This document shows positions 25,024 to 37,386 of a stretch of 64,000 nt of DNA, piece by piece. The DNA is from Penicillus capitatus (lineage: Eukaryota; Plantae; Chlorophyta), in assembly GCA_965649825.1 (NCBI GenBank), contig OZ287710.1, forward strand, positions 186,001 through 250,000. The letters are read 5' to 3'. Made by a program: the position numbers and the translations under genes. The notes under the pieces were generated by a model. That model was not told the DNA's origin. It saw only the letters and a list, made by a program, of their open reading frames with translations, and ran no database searches. The stretch's first letter is position 1. Each line of letters starts with the position of its first letter.

Positions 25024-26470
25024 TCACAGGAAAGGTTGTTTATCGAGAGGTTTATAGTCCGTCGTTTCGACTAGTACTTTGCCATCTGAGAGCCGGGGAA
25101 GTCTATCTGCTATTGGCTGATAAAAAACGCTGACTCTGTCTTCATCATAAACGCCTCTGCAGAAAACACAAGAAAGGATTGTGTAATTGGAAGTCGAGAA
25201 AAGGAAGAAGCCTAACTCAAGGGCATCCAGAAACTGTTGTTCGGCATCAACGACCTCCAACCATTGTTCATCTGTCTCTGCCACGACGCGACATGTCTCT
25301 AAGAGATGCGACGCTTTCTGAATCACATCCATACGCACAGATCAATGTCCTGTTAGCTCTCCATAGGACATCATTGCCGAACCTGGCAGTAACCAACAGA
25401 CACACCGGCATCGCCTTTGCCATGGTGCACAGCAGCTGCCTGCTGGTAAGCTCGAATCTGTTGGAGAGAGCTGTTCAATGCAATGAAGCGTCTGAGCTTC
25501 TCGCTTAATGTGTTGAACTTTCCTGTGTTGTGTCTCAAAACCGATGAGGCTTCCTCGAACAGATCAACAGCGCCAGAATAGAGCGAGGCAATGACGGCAG
25601 GAGAGGCCTTCTTTTCCAATGCCCTGAAAGCCACGAGCGTCTGCGCTTCGCCCAAACAGATCTTCTCGAAACACATGCTCATGACGGGCACCATCTCTGC
25701 ATGACTACACAACGCAAGGCAGCATAGAGCCATCGTGTCAGTCGGCGTCACCTATGGCCCTCGACAGCAACACTGTCGGCTGTCTGCTCACTGAGAACCG
25801 CATGAATGTGCTTGAATACACCAGCTGCTGACTTGAGTGCCTTCACACATTCAACAGCTGCCGCAGATCGATCGCCCCTTATCTTCATCATCTCATCCAC
25901 ACTGCCGTGAACTTGCTGCCGCCGTGCACAACCGTAGAGAAACATGACCTATCCATCTCACTCTTATACATACAAACGTAAAGAGTGAGATCCATACCAT
26001 CAAATGTTCCGAATGGATCCCTTTGAGAAGCATGAAGTTTGTTCCGCCGGCCAATGGTGATGTCCAGTAAAAATTCAGCTGCTTCTCTGTCTTGCCTGTC
26101 CAGTAAGTCTCCGACTATACAGGCAGGCCTATCTCACGCAAACGGTATCTCATTGGATGTCACACTTTTGAGTGGAGGTCCATCAGATGAAAGAGATAAG
26201 TTTCCAGTCTGTAGGAGAACAGACAGCCATGTAAGGCATTTAATGTACTAGGGGTATGTCGAACTTGTCCACTGGATCGTCGAGTTTTCCTTCGTGGATG
26301 TCTCGATTTTCTAAGGCACTTGCGCGCATGGCATTAAAAACTCTCAGACTCTCGAGCTCTCCAAGCGAGTTATGTTGCATGACTCTCACAAAGTCAAATG
26401 GCTTCGTGCAACATCGCTGCCACACGTCATTGAATACCAAGAGAGGCACAATATCGGACCGGCCATCCAT
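25024..26470 (-). CDS. BRO1-domain protein (BROX-like, no V domain), multi-exon
   Basis: KALKSAAGVFKHI, LGEAQTLVAFRA, IASLYSGAVDLF, DEDRVSVFYQPI...VLVETTDY. Confidence 0.75.
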
Positions 26471-26540
26471 CCTCGTCGAATTAACTCACGCGACGCAGTT
26501 GGCCTCTAATTTAAAACATTTAGCGAAAAATGACGCACAG

Positions 26541-27269
26541 TCAGTGTCCATGTTTTTCGACATAAGCATCAATCTCTTCTGGACTCAGTCCCTTCAGAGA
26601 GCAAAGGAGATGAGAGGCCAGTGGTGGTCATGAAGGGAGAGGGTACTTCATAGGGATCCTCTGCCGATGCTCCTGTGGTTTCTTTGACGAAACGTTCGAT
26701 CTGTCGAGGCGTGAAGCCTTCGAAGACATCCACATCTGCTGCAGTGACGCTCTTGCCTGCCAACACAGCACGGGCCACCTCTCTCTTCTTTGCCTCCAGT
26801 TCTCTCTCGGCCTGCGCTCCATTGCTCAATGGGTTACAATGTGGATGCTGGATGGCGATGACCTTCTCATCTTTTGGTTTCTCAGTCGAGGATGGACCGC
26901 GGATCCAGCTGAAGAGAAGAAAGGTCAAGCCTCCGACGAAGATCCACCAATAGACTTTCTCCCACGTATGCAGAGGAACACGCTCCCCGTCCATCTGCCG
27001 CTTCTCCCACGGAAACATGAGCCAACTCGACACTGTCCACAATCTCCCTTACGCTGCTTATGTGCTCAAGAACAAAGCATACCCGCTTTGGCTGTCTCTG
27101 TCTGCTGTTGTGCTTTGTTGCTAGCATCGTCCGCTTTTCTGTCGTGCGGAGGATGGCTGTAATGGACGGAACGTTTGTGGCTGATGCTGAGTGCTTCGAT
27201 GCTGCTGAGTTTCCAGATGTCTCTCTTGGCAGAGGCGAAACTGCGCAACAGGGCTGGCAGCCGCATCAT
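26541..27269 (-). CDS. Small single-TM protein with predicted mitochondrial presequence, unknown function, 4 exons
   Basis: MRLPALLRSFASAKR presequence; LHTWEKVYWWIFVGGLTFLLFSW TM; ends EDPYE|GLSPEEIDAYVEKHGH. Intron 26812-26862. Confidence 0.7.
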
Positions 27270-27290
27270 GATAAGTCATTTGACGTAAGG

Positions 27291-29065
27291 ATGCAACTGT
27301 CGTCCGAAGCACGCTCGCAGTTAAAGGGAGAACTCGCCGACGTGCTGAAATGGGATGAGATAGTGGTCGAAGGCGTCGTCGAGGCGATCACTTCTGCCCA
27401 AGACGATAAAGAAGTCGAAGAAATCGTCTCTGTAAGTTCCACCCACATCTTTCGACAGACAGACGACAAAACACAATGGCGCTGCCTTGCAGAATTTCAT
27501 GACGGAGTCGGAAGAGGCACGCCGAATCGTAGCGACATACATGCGAGCGAACTCAACAAAGCCCACGTCCCCACATAGACTTCCGACCGGCTACCCAGAT
27601 GCACCGAATGCAGGTACACATCGCTCTCGGTGATTGTTGGGAGTCTATGGCGCGGTATAGGAGAGCCATGGCAGCGTTACTCTAAGGGACAGCTCTTTAA
27701 TCCAAAGAAATCGTCGCATGGCATTTCCGTAAATTACTTGAAATACACGATCTCTCTAAAGTTGGTGGTGGTGATGTGACAGCAGGCGTCATCAAAGAAC
27801 AACAATTCAAAGAAGAGCAAAGGGAAGATGAAGAATGAGATTGAGGAAAAGAGACATCGACAGCCAATGCGTATCAAGATACGTTCCGTAGTGAATTGCC
27901 TGGAATGCGGGAAGATCTACAAGGCACGGAAGCTGATAGATGACACGTACACGTTCACTGGTCTGTTCGTTCGTTGTGTACGTATCTATCTTCATATGAT
28001 GATTGTCTCCTAGAGTCCAGTCTTGTGTGCAGTTTCTGTGGAGCCGTTATCGATTTAACACTTGAAAATCGTCAAGTGCAGATTCCGCAGCATCTTGACG
28101 AGGATAAGCTATTGGAAGCTCACAAGAAAGAGAACGAATCGGAGAGAAAGGCGAGAGAGTTTAAGGACAGACTGGTGGAATACGATCGACATGCATCCGA
28201 GAGAACGACAGTCCTCGACGACCAGAGTGACTACTTTGAGATCGACAGCAACGTCTGGCTAGAAGAGAAAGCAAGATGATCATCCACCATCAGTCTAACA
28301 TGCAAACACGGTTTATGAGACAGGAAAGGAAGGAATTGAGAATTCGGCGAGATATGGAAGACGAAATGGAAAAGTCCCTGAGGAAAAAAGTTTGAGAAAT
28401 AGATGGCTTGACATGGCATCCATCATCCCTCATTGCCTAGGTGCATTACACGATCGATCTGGTTGGACGACGGGTGTTTGCAAGCGAAGATGCTGCTCCG
28501 TCAGAAGACGCCAAGAAAACTGCCGATGCTGCACAGTCCGCAGCCGAGTTCACTTCCGAAGAGATCCCACAGGTTCCTCCTCCTCTGCATAACAGGATCA
28601 TTTTTGAGGGAAGAGAGGGTTAACAGGGAGGTGGCACGGCAGCCCGTTTAGCTTCTGAAACAGCATCGCGGCTGAGAATGAATGGGACAGCGACGTCATT
28701 CCGTGTTCACCCAAATCCCAATCTCGAAATGAGTTCTCCCATTTTTCTTCCAAGCGATGAAGCGCTGGAACGCTCCAAGAGACAAAGGCAACCGCCAAAA
28801 TGGATTCAAGGAAGCAAGGGACGTCTTCAACACGACGGTAATGCTGCCTGTCGCCGTCGGCATCTCGTTATGCGCGTCTCCTCCAGACATCTTTGCTGAC
28901 TTTGATATGAGCATTGAACCAGACGTCATGTCATCAGACGTTTCAGACTACGCGCATCTCTTCGCTGATGATGACACCAACAATGTCTACGATCTCTGCC
29001 CGCAAACGAAGGATAAGGACACCCCAGTTTCCACTCCAGGGCTCAAGTGTGTATCACATGTCTGA
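27291..29065 (+). CDS. TRIP4: ASC-1/TRIP4 (Rqt4)-like zinc-finger protein; stop 29063-29065 lies inside a probable intron, see fusion finding
   Basis: VVNCLECGKI...CSFCG; KAREFKDRLVEYDR..RTTVLDDQSDYFEIDSNVWL; TIDLVGRRV; RVHPNP; RLQHD. Nine exons traced in phase. Confidence 0.85.
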
Positions 29066-29097
29066 AAGGAAGGCACAGAGACGGTCCTGTTGTGTAG

Positions 29098-30015
29098 AGC
29101 GCCGCCATCTGCTGCTTCAGCCCACGTCCGAATGTCAGAAAGGTTGTTGCCGGAGCAGTATTATCCTCACAATACGATTCAGAAAGGGCCAGATCCACCT
29201 CGGTTAGTCCCAGGAGACGCACTTCCAGACGGCGTTGTTCTTATGAAGAGCTGGCTTTCGTTCGAAGAACAGATGAGAATTGTCGAAACGATTCGGAACT
29301 TAGGTATGAAAGAGGGTGGATTCTACACTCCATTCCATGAAGGCAAACCTCAACTGAGATACAAAATGATGTGTTTGGGATGGGTAACTTTATTCGATAT
29401 GCTGTTGTCACTTCATAGCCTTGTACTGTTTTCCCAGCATTGGAATCCTGTCAACAAAGACTACGAGAAGATTCGATCGAATCACGATGGGGCACTTGTT
29501 CCTCCGCTTCCAGATTTCCTCAAGGATCTGACACTCCGTTGCCTCAGCAATGCAAATCGACTTTGCAAGCATCCCTTTGCGAAGACCGATCCCAACTCTG
29601 GCATCTGCAATTTCTACACCCATAGCAGTTACCTCGGTCTCCACCAGGTACTCACCCACTCAGAAGTCTCACTCCTCATTCTCCATCCTACTCTGTTGTG
29701 CAGGATAGAAGCGAGGGACAGCAGAGCCTCAGTCGACAGCTTCCTGTCGTCTCTTTCTCGATCGGTGCCACCGGAGAGTTCGTTATCAGTCAGAGTCGGT
29801 CGATGGAGACTGCCCAATCGATTCTGCTCGAATCAGGCGATGCCTTGATCTTTGGCGGTCCATCTCGCATGATCTTCCACGGCATTCGCCGAATCTTTCC
29901 GGAGTCCATGCCATCCGAGTTGACGGAGACCATGGGTATGCGAAACGGACGACTGAATGTGACGATCCGTGAATATATACCCGACGTTCCTTTGTCGCCA
30001 TCAGCAGCAATGTAA
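29098..30015 (+). CDS. AlkB-family Fe(II)/2OG dioxygenase (E. coli AlkB/ALKBH1-like); own ATG at 29132 or fused to TRIP4
   Basis: MMCLGW|HWNP, CNFY...LGLHQ|DRSE (HxD), PVVSFSIG, LESGDALIFGG..R.IFHGI, RLNVTIR (RxxxxxR). Introns 29384-29437, 29648-29703. Confidence 0.92.
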
Positions 30016-30066
30016 CATGTGCGTGTCGTACGTACCACGCACGGCGTATTCGAGACCGCGACGCGG

Positions 30067-33026
30067 ATGTCTCATGTGATGCGTTTGTTGTCGCCGCGTC
30101 ATGTTCGCGTGCTGAGTCCTGCCGTGCCGTCGTCGGCAGCGACGCGTGTCAACCGTTCTCTCTTATCGCTCGGAACGTACTGTCGTTGCGGAAAGCTTTC
30201 GGAAATCGGCCGCGTGCGGCGTTTCGCGTCTTTCCGATACGGCAAACCTGTGTGCGCGCACGTCTCGCGCGGAGTCGTTCCCAACGAGATGGATACGGCA
30301 GAGGTGGTACAGATCGGTGAACTGTCACAGAGCTCGGCGCATTGGGTGACCTGTGACGTTGTGGCATGGAGGAAACAACAGACGGATGCCAAGGGCATAC
30401 ATTATCGCTTCAAACTCCATAGCTCCTACGATGCTGCCTTAGTCGCCACCAAAGATGGCGTGCTCAATGCCGAAACATCCATGCCGCTCCATGTGCTCAA
30501 TCGAAAGGAGCAGTTTACACGATTGGCCAAATTTCCTCATCTCTTTGGCAGTACCTTGCTCCAGTTGGATGAACCAGATCTGTTGGATTATCCGAAGATG
30601 CTGAAGTCTCAGTTGTGGATGTCATGTGAGACGCCGGAAGGGAAGGTGGTTGATGTGACAGGTGTTCAACTGCCTGGCGTCGTGGATGAGGTCTTTACCT
30701 TCGATGGACCGCTTGGATACCAGTGCCATTCTGGCAATATCGACTGTGTAAGGATCTGGGCACCAACGGCACATTCTGTCGATGTTCTCTGCTGGGAGAC
30801 GACACAAAATGAAGACCCTGAGGTATTGTCCATGCAACCGGCAGCAGGAGGTGTATGGGAAGTGCCGATCCCAGCTGAATGGCTCTGGAGGTTCTACAAG
30901 TTTCGATTACATGTGTACTGTCCTTGGACTTTGAAGATGGAGACCTTTGAAGTGACAGATCCCTACTCTAGAGGGCTCTCCGCCAATGGAGAACGCAGTC
31001 AATTTGTCGATTTGGATCATTCGCTGACGAAGCCTGAGAACTGGGACGCGCATGAGATTCCAGATCTAGACAGTTTCTCAGATATCAGCGTTTACGAGCT
31101 CCATGTGCGCGATTTCAGCGTCACAGATGATACAGTCCCATCAAAATTGCAAGGAAAATTCAGCGCTTTTAATCCCGGCCTCATACAAGCGCAAACCGGC
31201 TCGGTGTCGAATGGACTGGATCATTTGATGAAGCTCAGGTCGTCAGGAATGACACATATACATCTTCTACCCGTGTATGACTTCGCTTCTGTCCCTGAGC
31301 GTGCTGAAGAACGGTTGGATGTCACACTCGATCTCACACATTTTAGCCCAGCGTCCGAAGAACAACAGAAGGCAGTCGTTGACATTGCAGATCGGGATGG
31401 ATTCAATTGGGGATATGATCCCGTGCACTTTGGTGTCCCAGACGGGAGCTATGCCACCGATCCAGACGGCATCGCACGGCTGAAAGAGTTCAGGGAAATG
31501 GTCATGGGGCTGCATCAAATGGGCTATCGCGTTGTCCTGGATGTCGTTTACAATCACACCTTTGAAGGACAATCCGAACGCTACTCCGTCTTCGACAAAG
31601 CTGTTCCTGGATACTATCACAGGTAGTGACTCCACACTGGCCTCGCTTTGTGTGACGATGCTGTGCCAGACGCGAAGAGAACGGGGCGCTTTGCACGAGT
31701 GGTTGTGGAGCTAATACAGCATCAGAGCATGTGATGTTTGAGAAGTTTGTCGTGGATGATATCATTCACTGGGCCACGCATTACAAGATCGATGGTTTTC
31801 GTTTTGATATCATGGGACATCTGATGCTCTCCACAATGGAAAAGATTCGCACCGCGCTGGATGACCTGACAGTCGAATCCGATGGAGTGGACGGAAAGAA
31901 GATTTACCTCTATGGTGAAGGATGGGACTTTGGAGAAATGGCGAACAATCAACGAGGCCGCAATGCCCAGCAGTTGAATCTTGGTGGCACCGGGATAGGA
32001 ACGTTTAACGATCGTTTCAGAGACAGTGCCATGGGAGGGAGTCCTTTCGGTCCACCTCGATTTCAAGGGTTCATCACAGGACTCGCTCTACAACCCAATC
32101 CAGCACTCGACCAAGGATCTCCGCGTGCACAGATGCGCCAACTCATGGATCTTTCTGATCTTCTCAGAGCCACAATGGCTGGGAATTTGGTGGACTATGA
32201 AGTCTGTTCTGCTAATGGTGAATGGACACAGGGCAAGAAATTCAAATTCCATGGCCGTATTGGCGCATACAGTACCTTGCCTTACGAAAACGTGGTGTTC
32301 TGTGGATGCCATGACAATGAGACGCTTTTTGATCACGCCATCCTCAAAGCAGCTCCAGATGTGGACATCGATCAGAGGTCCAGAATGTGCGAGATGGCAT
32401 TGGCACTCGTTCTGCTGTCACAGGGAGTCGCTTTCATTCATGCTGGAGATGACATGCTTCGCAGCAAGAGCCTCGACAGAGACAGTTATAATTCCGGCGA
32501 TTGGTTTAACAAGATCGATTGGACTATGCAGTCGAACAACTTCGGCGTGGGTTTGCCTCCTGCCACCAAGAACGCGACATGGTGGTCGATCTACAAGCCA
32601 TTGCTGGCGGATCCAGGTCTCCGACCACATCCAGCTCTGATTCAGCGTTGTGCACAGCATGTTCAGAGTTATCTCAGGATTCGATATTCCTCCCCTCTGT
32701 TCCGTATCGACTGTCCAGATTTTATCCGGAAACAGTTGGTCTTCTACAACGCTGGGCAAAGACAGGTACCAGGGGTATTGGTGATGGAGCTGAACAGCTC
32801 TTACAGTTTGGGAGATGAGGGTGTCTATGATCCGCAGTTCAAGAGATTGGTGGCGATTTTCAATGCCCGTCCAGATACAGCAACGATCAAGTTTCCCACG
32901 AGCGGACTGGAATTGCACCCAGAGCTTTGCCACTCCGGTGATTATATTTACTCGGAAGTGGAAATCGGTCAAGATGAAGTTAAAGTACCCAGGCGGACAT
33001 CAGTTGTCCTGGTCGAAGAGCGTTGA
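30067..33026 (+). CDS. PUL1: Chloroplast pullulanase/limit dextrinase (GH13), 2 exons
   Basis: FNWGYDP, DVVYNHT, catalytic DGFRFDIMGH (Asp), YGEGWDFGE (Glu), CHDNETLFD (Asp); Arg/Ser-rich transit peptide; intron from 31624. Confidence 0.96.
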
Positions 33027-34429
33027 GTCATGTGCACCTTTTCTGCTACTTCTTTGACATATGCATTGGTGGATGGGGGCGCCTTCACATTTCCATAGCA
33101 ATGGAATTCATTCCTTTCTTGCACGACCTGATGTATCTCGGCTAAAGAAGGCAGACGCAGACGGGACTGTTCGTTTCCTTCGTTTTTGTTTTCTTGTTTT
33201 GTCTAGAACGCAAAGAACGAACAATGGACAAACGATAAAGCATTCTTGACAATGATCGAGAAGCATTGTGCATAGAAAACGGTGTCGTCACTCAAAAAAC
33301 TTGACAAACATCTGCAATGAGATATTACATCACTGGTCGATCCATACGGTATTGCCACGCATTCATCGATATAACAGATAACAGGCACAGCACCATACTG
33401 CTAACCTTGATGCATCGGAAACATGATCAGGATTAGAGAGTACTGGCTTCTGTCAAGTTCAGAAGAGCAATCATTACTGTCCGCGTGCGGGGTAACGAAT
33501 TGAGCATCTGTCGATAGGTCGTCGTTTTTTGCCAGACTCTGGTCTGTTTCCTGGCTCGCGTAAAGATCTACGCGTCTTGACAGATTGAGCCATTGTGTTT
33601 CGACCTCAGAGAAATGAGTTCATTCAGGTCGTTATGTGACCTGAATACTTGAATGATGTCATTCCGCATGTAAACCGGCAAGAATCACAGACCCTTTCCT
33701 CCTTTCTGGCTGGATAGGGATTCAGATGAGAGATGACAGTATAGCCTTGTTTCTTGAATAAATGAAGTGTAAAGAACGAAAGTTTTCAACTGTCCGAATA
33801 AAACCTTCGTTGTTGTTCGATTGACAAGGAACTCATGAACAGAAGTGTTCGTTGCCATATGGATAATGACTGAATGGTGCATCACGCTTCTTCGTCATCG
33901 ATGCCCATAATCTTGTGGCAGATGCAATTCTTCAGTGGCCAGAAGAAGAGTCATGTGATTTTTACAGGAAGCAAGAACGGAACATTCCTATCGCGTTGCG
34001 TATTTTTGCCACGTTTACTGAACGGCTTCTGTATTACACAACTCTTCAAGCTGTGAAAAGACAGGTTTCCAAAGTTCAATGACATCCATGCGGCAACTCA
34101 GTGAGCAACATCACTGGAAACATCCCCATATGCGTCTTGAGCCTCGGCAAAAAATGGCACAGCACACTTGCGATGTCCTGAATGCGGAGAAAGCAGTTGC
34201 ATGGAAGAGTGTTTAACGCATGAACAGAGAGACCCACAGTAGTATGACTTTAACATTCGACATAACCACAGAATAGAAAAAACATCACCGGTCTAAATTT
34301 CAGAGGGCGGAAATCGGTTGGGTTGCTATCTGATTAACAGTTGTAGGTTAGCCTGTGGCAGAAGCCGAGCTCGATGTCGCGGATACCGAGCCCGATGCCG
34401 TGGCTTTTCCAATAACACCGCCTTCTGTG

Positions 34430-35040
34430 ACCTATGCAACGATTCTTAATATGTCCTGCTTAAACAGGAAGCTCCTCACTGTTGCAGGGGTTTGACACCC
34501 CTTTCCCTGGCTGGGCAAGTTGAACCTGACTATGTCTGCTCCGATCTCATAAGGAACTCCCAGATTAAGGAGAATACCCACAGCGAAGACTTCTTCCTTC
34601 TTGTAATCTGGTTCGGCGACGTGCTGCCTGAGCTGCTCCGGGGTCGATTTTGGGTCGATGCACAAGTTTCCGACATTTGAAGGATAAAGACAACCGGGGT
34701 TACCTAAAAGGCACTCAGTAATTTCGTGACGTTCTCCACAGAACGTTTACCTGGATTAGGGGAAGGGGAAGGAACTGCAGATTTGCTAGAGACAGGACCT
34801 CGAAGAGAAATACGAAGAGAGGAAGATCTTGGTGGGTTTCCTTTGAGCGTGAGATACCACGCATTCGCCCCATCCGTCAACAAGTGTCTTCCTGAAAACT
34901 CAACTTCCGATGCCTTTGCTCGGAGTGCATCTTTTCCCTCAGCACTTTTCGCGACGACGCGCGACGCTGCGCAAAACACAACACTTCTAACTGAAGTGCG
35001 ATTTTTGCAATACAAGGTTACCACTGCATGAAGCGACATA
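34430..35040 (-). mobile_element. Decayed Ty3/gypsy-type gag fragment
   Basis: VEFSGRHLLTDGANAWYLTLKGNPP resembles the retrotransposon gag core (fa..lL.g.A..W); reading frames broken downstream. Confidence 0.35.
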
Positions 35041-35949
35041 ATACACGACGATCTGCGACAGATAACATCGGGTTAGCAAAGATAGATCGCCCGACAAGCG
35101 CAACGTTTGGTGGGCCTTACAACGAAAAAGACATAGAGCTTTTCAACCAGAGTCCACATGATGAAAGGAGAGTGCTTTAGAAATCAACTTCGCGACTTGA
35201 TCTGCAAAAACAAAACTCTGCATATGGAATATTTTCGCCGCTTAAATACTCGAGCGCGGTGAACACATCTTCAACGCCGTTTCCTGGCCGTTCTCTCGTG
35301 CTGAGAAGTTCGCAGTGCTGTATGCGCCTAGCGTATCGCTGCTGGACAGCTGCATGTTTGCCGAGTTTGCGGATCCCGCGAGAACCACACGATGGATGAC
35401 GTGGCGCGACGCATGCAAAGCCCTTCGCTGAGGTGTCCCTTGATTGGCCCTGTTCGCTAACTTGCCCGTTGTTTCGCTTTTCTTTCCTGCTTTCCACATC
35501 TGAACTGTTGTCGACATCATGGCTAGGAAGACGCCGTTTTTGCATTCTGGATAAGGTCCTCGATCTTACTTGCAGTGACCGCGATGGAATGCATACAACG
35601 TCTGACAGTCGACACGAGGCAGCCGATCAGCTACTTACCTCGACTTCTAATTCAGTCTTGTGTACGCACAAGCATTCTAGTTTGAATTTCCGTAGAAAAC
35701 GCGAGCGACCGCGTCTTCGAACGACATGATCATGAACTAGACACGGGAAATGATTATGGCCTCACAAGGCAAGAGAGATGTCGAAAGCCCGTTTCAGAAG
35801 GTTATGTACGCTTGGATTATCTCCCTCCCCGTTCGACATCCACTTGGTTCACCGAGGTCACCCATCATCTTGATCATTCGAGTGATGTCTAGAGCTTGTA
35901 TTGGAGAGAAGGGGGGACTCTAGGCACCATTCCTACCTTTGTGTGGCAC

Positions 35950-37050
35950 AGTGACTCTCCAGTCTTGTGTTTCTCTTATCTACCTTCATATCCAAGGGAG
36001 AGTTCACCCGCACAGAGGCAGAACACTCCATTCACAGGACGTATTAAAGAGCTAGGATGCAATGTAAGTCTCGTCCAGCTATTTAACTGGACAACACTGT
36101 CTTGGATATGTTCACAGCTTGTGGAAGTTAGCAATTCAAACATATGGCAAGGAGGATCTCAGTCGAGATCTTGCATGATGACGTCAGCCGGCGGATGTCT
36201 TGTGAACAACAAGACAACGAACAAACAAACCGAAACAAGTGGAAGACAGTGCTCTAAGCGCCACTAATAGATCTCTCACCAAAGGGGTCGACAGAGAAGC
36301 GGACGGAGTCTGCGTCCACGATCCGAACTCTCTTTCAGGCTTCGACCGACCCGCGAACTTTGCTCCTCCGAACATGCGCGGCCAGTTCTGTCCGTCGCTT
36401 TTACAACGACCGTTTAGACAAGCACACACAACTCTCAGAACGAGGACGAAACACTTTGAGGATTCAAATGGAGACAATACCCTCTCCATGCAAACGTTTC
36501 CGTCAACTGCGCCGATGTGGTAACATCACAGAACTCCGCCAGAGAGGGTACACATGTGTGGTCAAGATAACGCAGACATGGTCTTGCTCGGCGACGAGCA
36601 TGGAAATTCGAGATACGTTTATCGCTGCTGGTTGATTTTGAAAGATACCTTTGAGATATCATGCGACATTCTACCGTATCATGGTAAACTCGGTCGGCAA
36701 CAAGGCGACTTCCTGACAAATGGACGGAAATTCCTCTCGCCAATCCTGACCACAAGCGGGAGTTCTTGACATGTTCGCTTGTCATTGCCTCTCAACTTCT
36801 CCACCATGCACGTTTCTTCTCCACTGACCCGAAGCTTCATCTGCAGCGAATGATAAAACGCTGAAATTTGTTTCGCATTCGCACAAGTTCGCTCGCTCTG
36901 TTCAGAGTCTCTTAACGAGAAAGGGCTTTGGAAAAATGCTCGAACTAAAAAGCCAAGAAACACATGGCAGTTCTTGTCGCCGTTGGCGTAAGTCCACTCC
37001 TGAGAGGCGAAGGAATAGATTGAGAGAGACGCTTTCCGCTGTGGAAGCAC
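35950..37050 (-). mobile_element. Decayed PIF/Harbinger (DDE_Tnp_4-type) transposase
   Basis: Ordered remnants with stops: FVRKSPCCR (cf. FGVSKSTVCR), TYLEFP, HIGAVDG (first catalytic Asp), VLRVVCA..GR, NWP. Confidence 0.5.
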
Positions 37051-37386
37051 ATGTGTGTCCCACGACAGCATTCCTTTCCTTTCTGCTTCTAACAGTCGCC
37101 CGAGCCACAGCGCCGTCCCAAGGAGAGATCTGGGCCTCTTTTGCGGATCCTCAAATCTCGGCAAGTGAGTCAACGAAACGTCACATCAGCAAACTGCTTT
37201 TTTGACAAATCTGCGTATCATTTCGCTGCGTTTACGCCGCAACGCTTTTTCGCTCCTTGGCTGAATTCACAGAAATGACGTGCGCGTTCTGTTAGAGGCT
37301 CGTGGCTTATCACAGAGAAGATCCCGCGGTCCTACCACAGAAGGTATAAAATGGCAAGCCATACCTTGAGACGGTCCTGACAGTGT

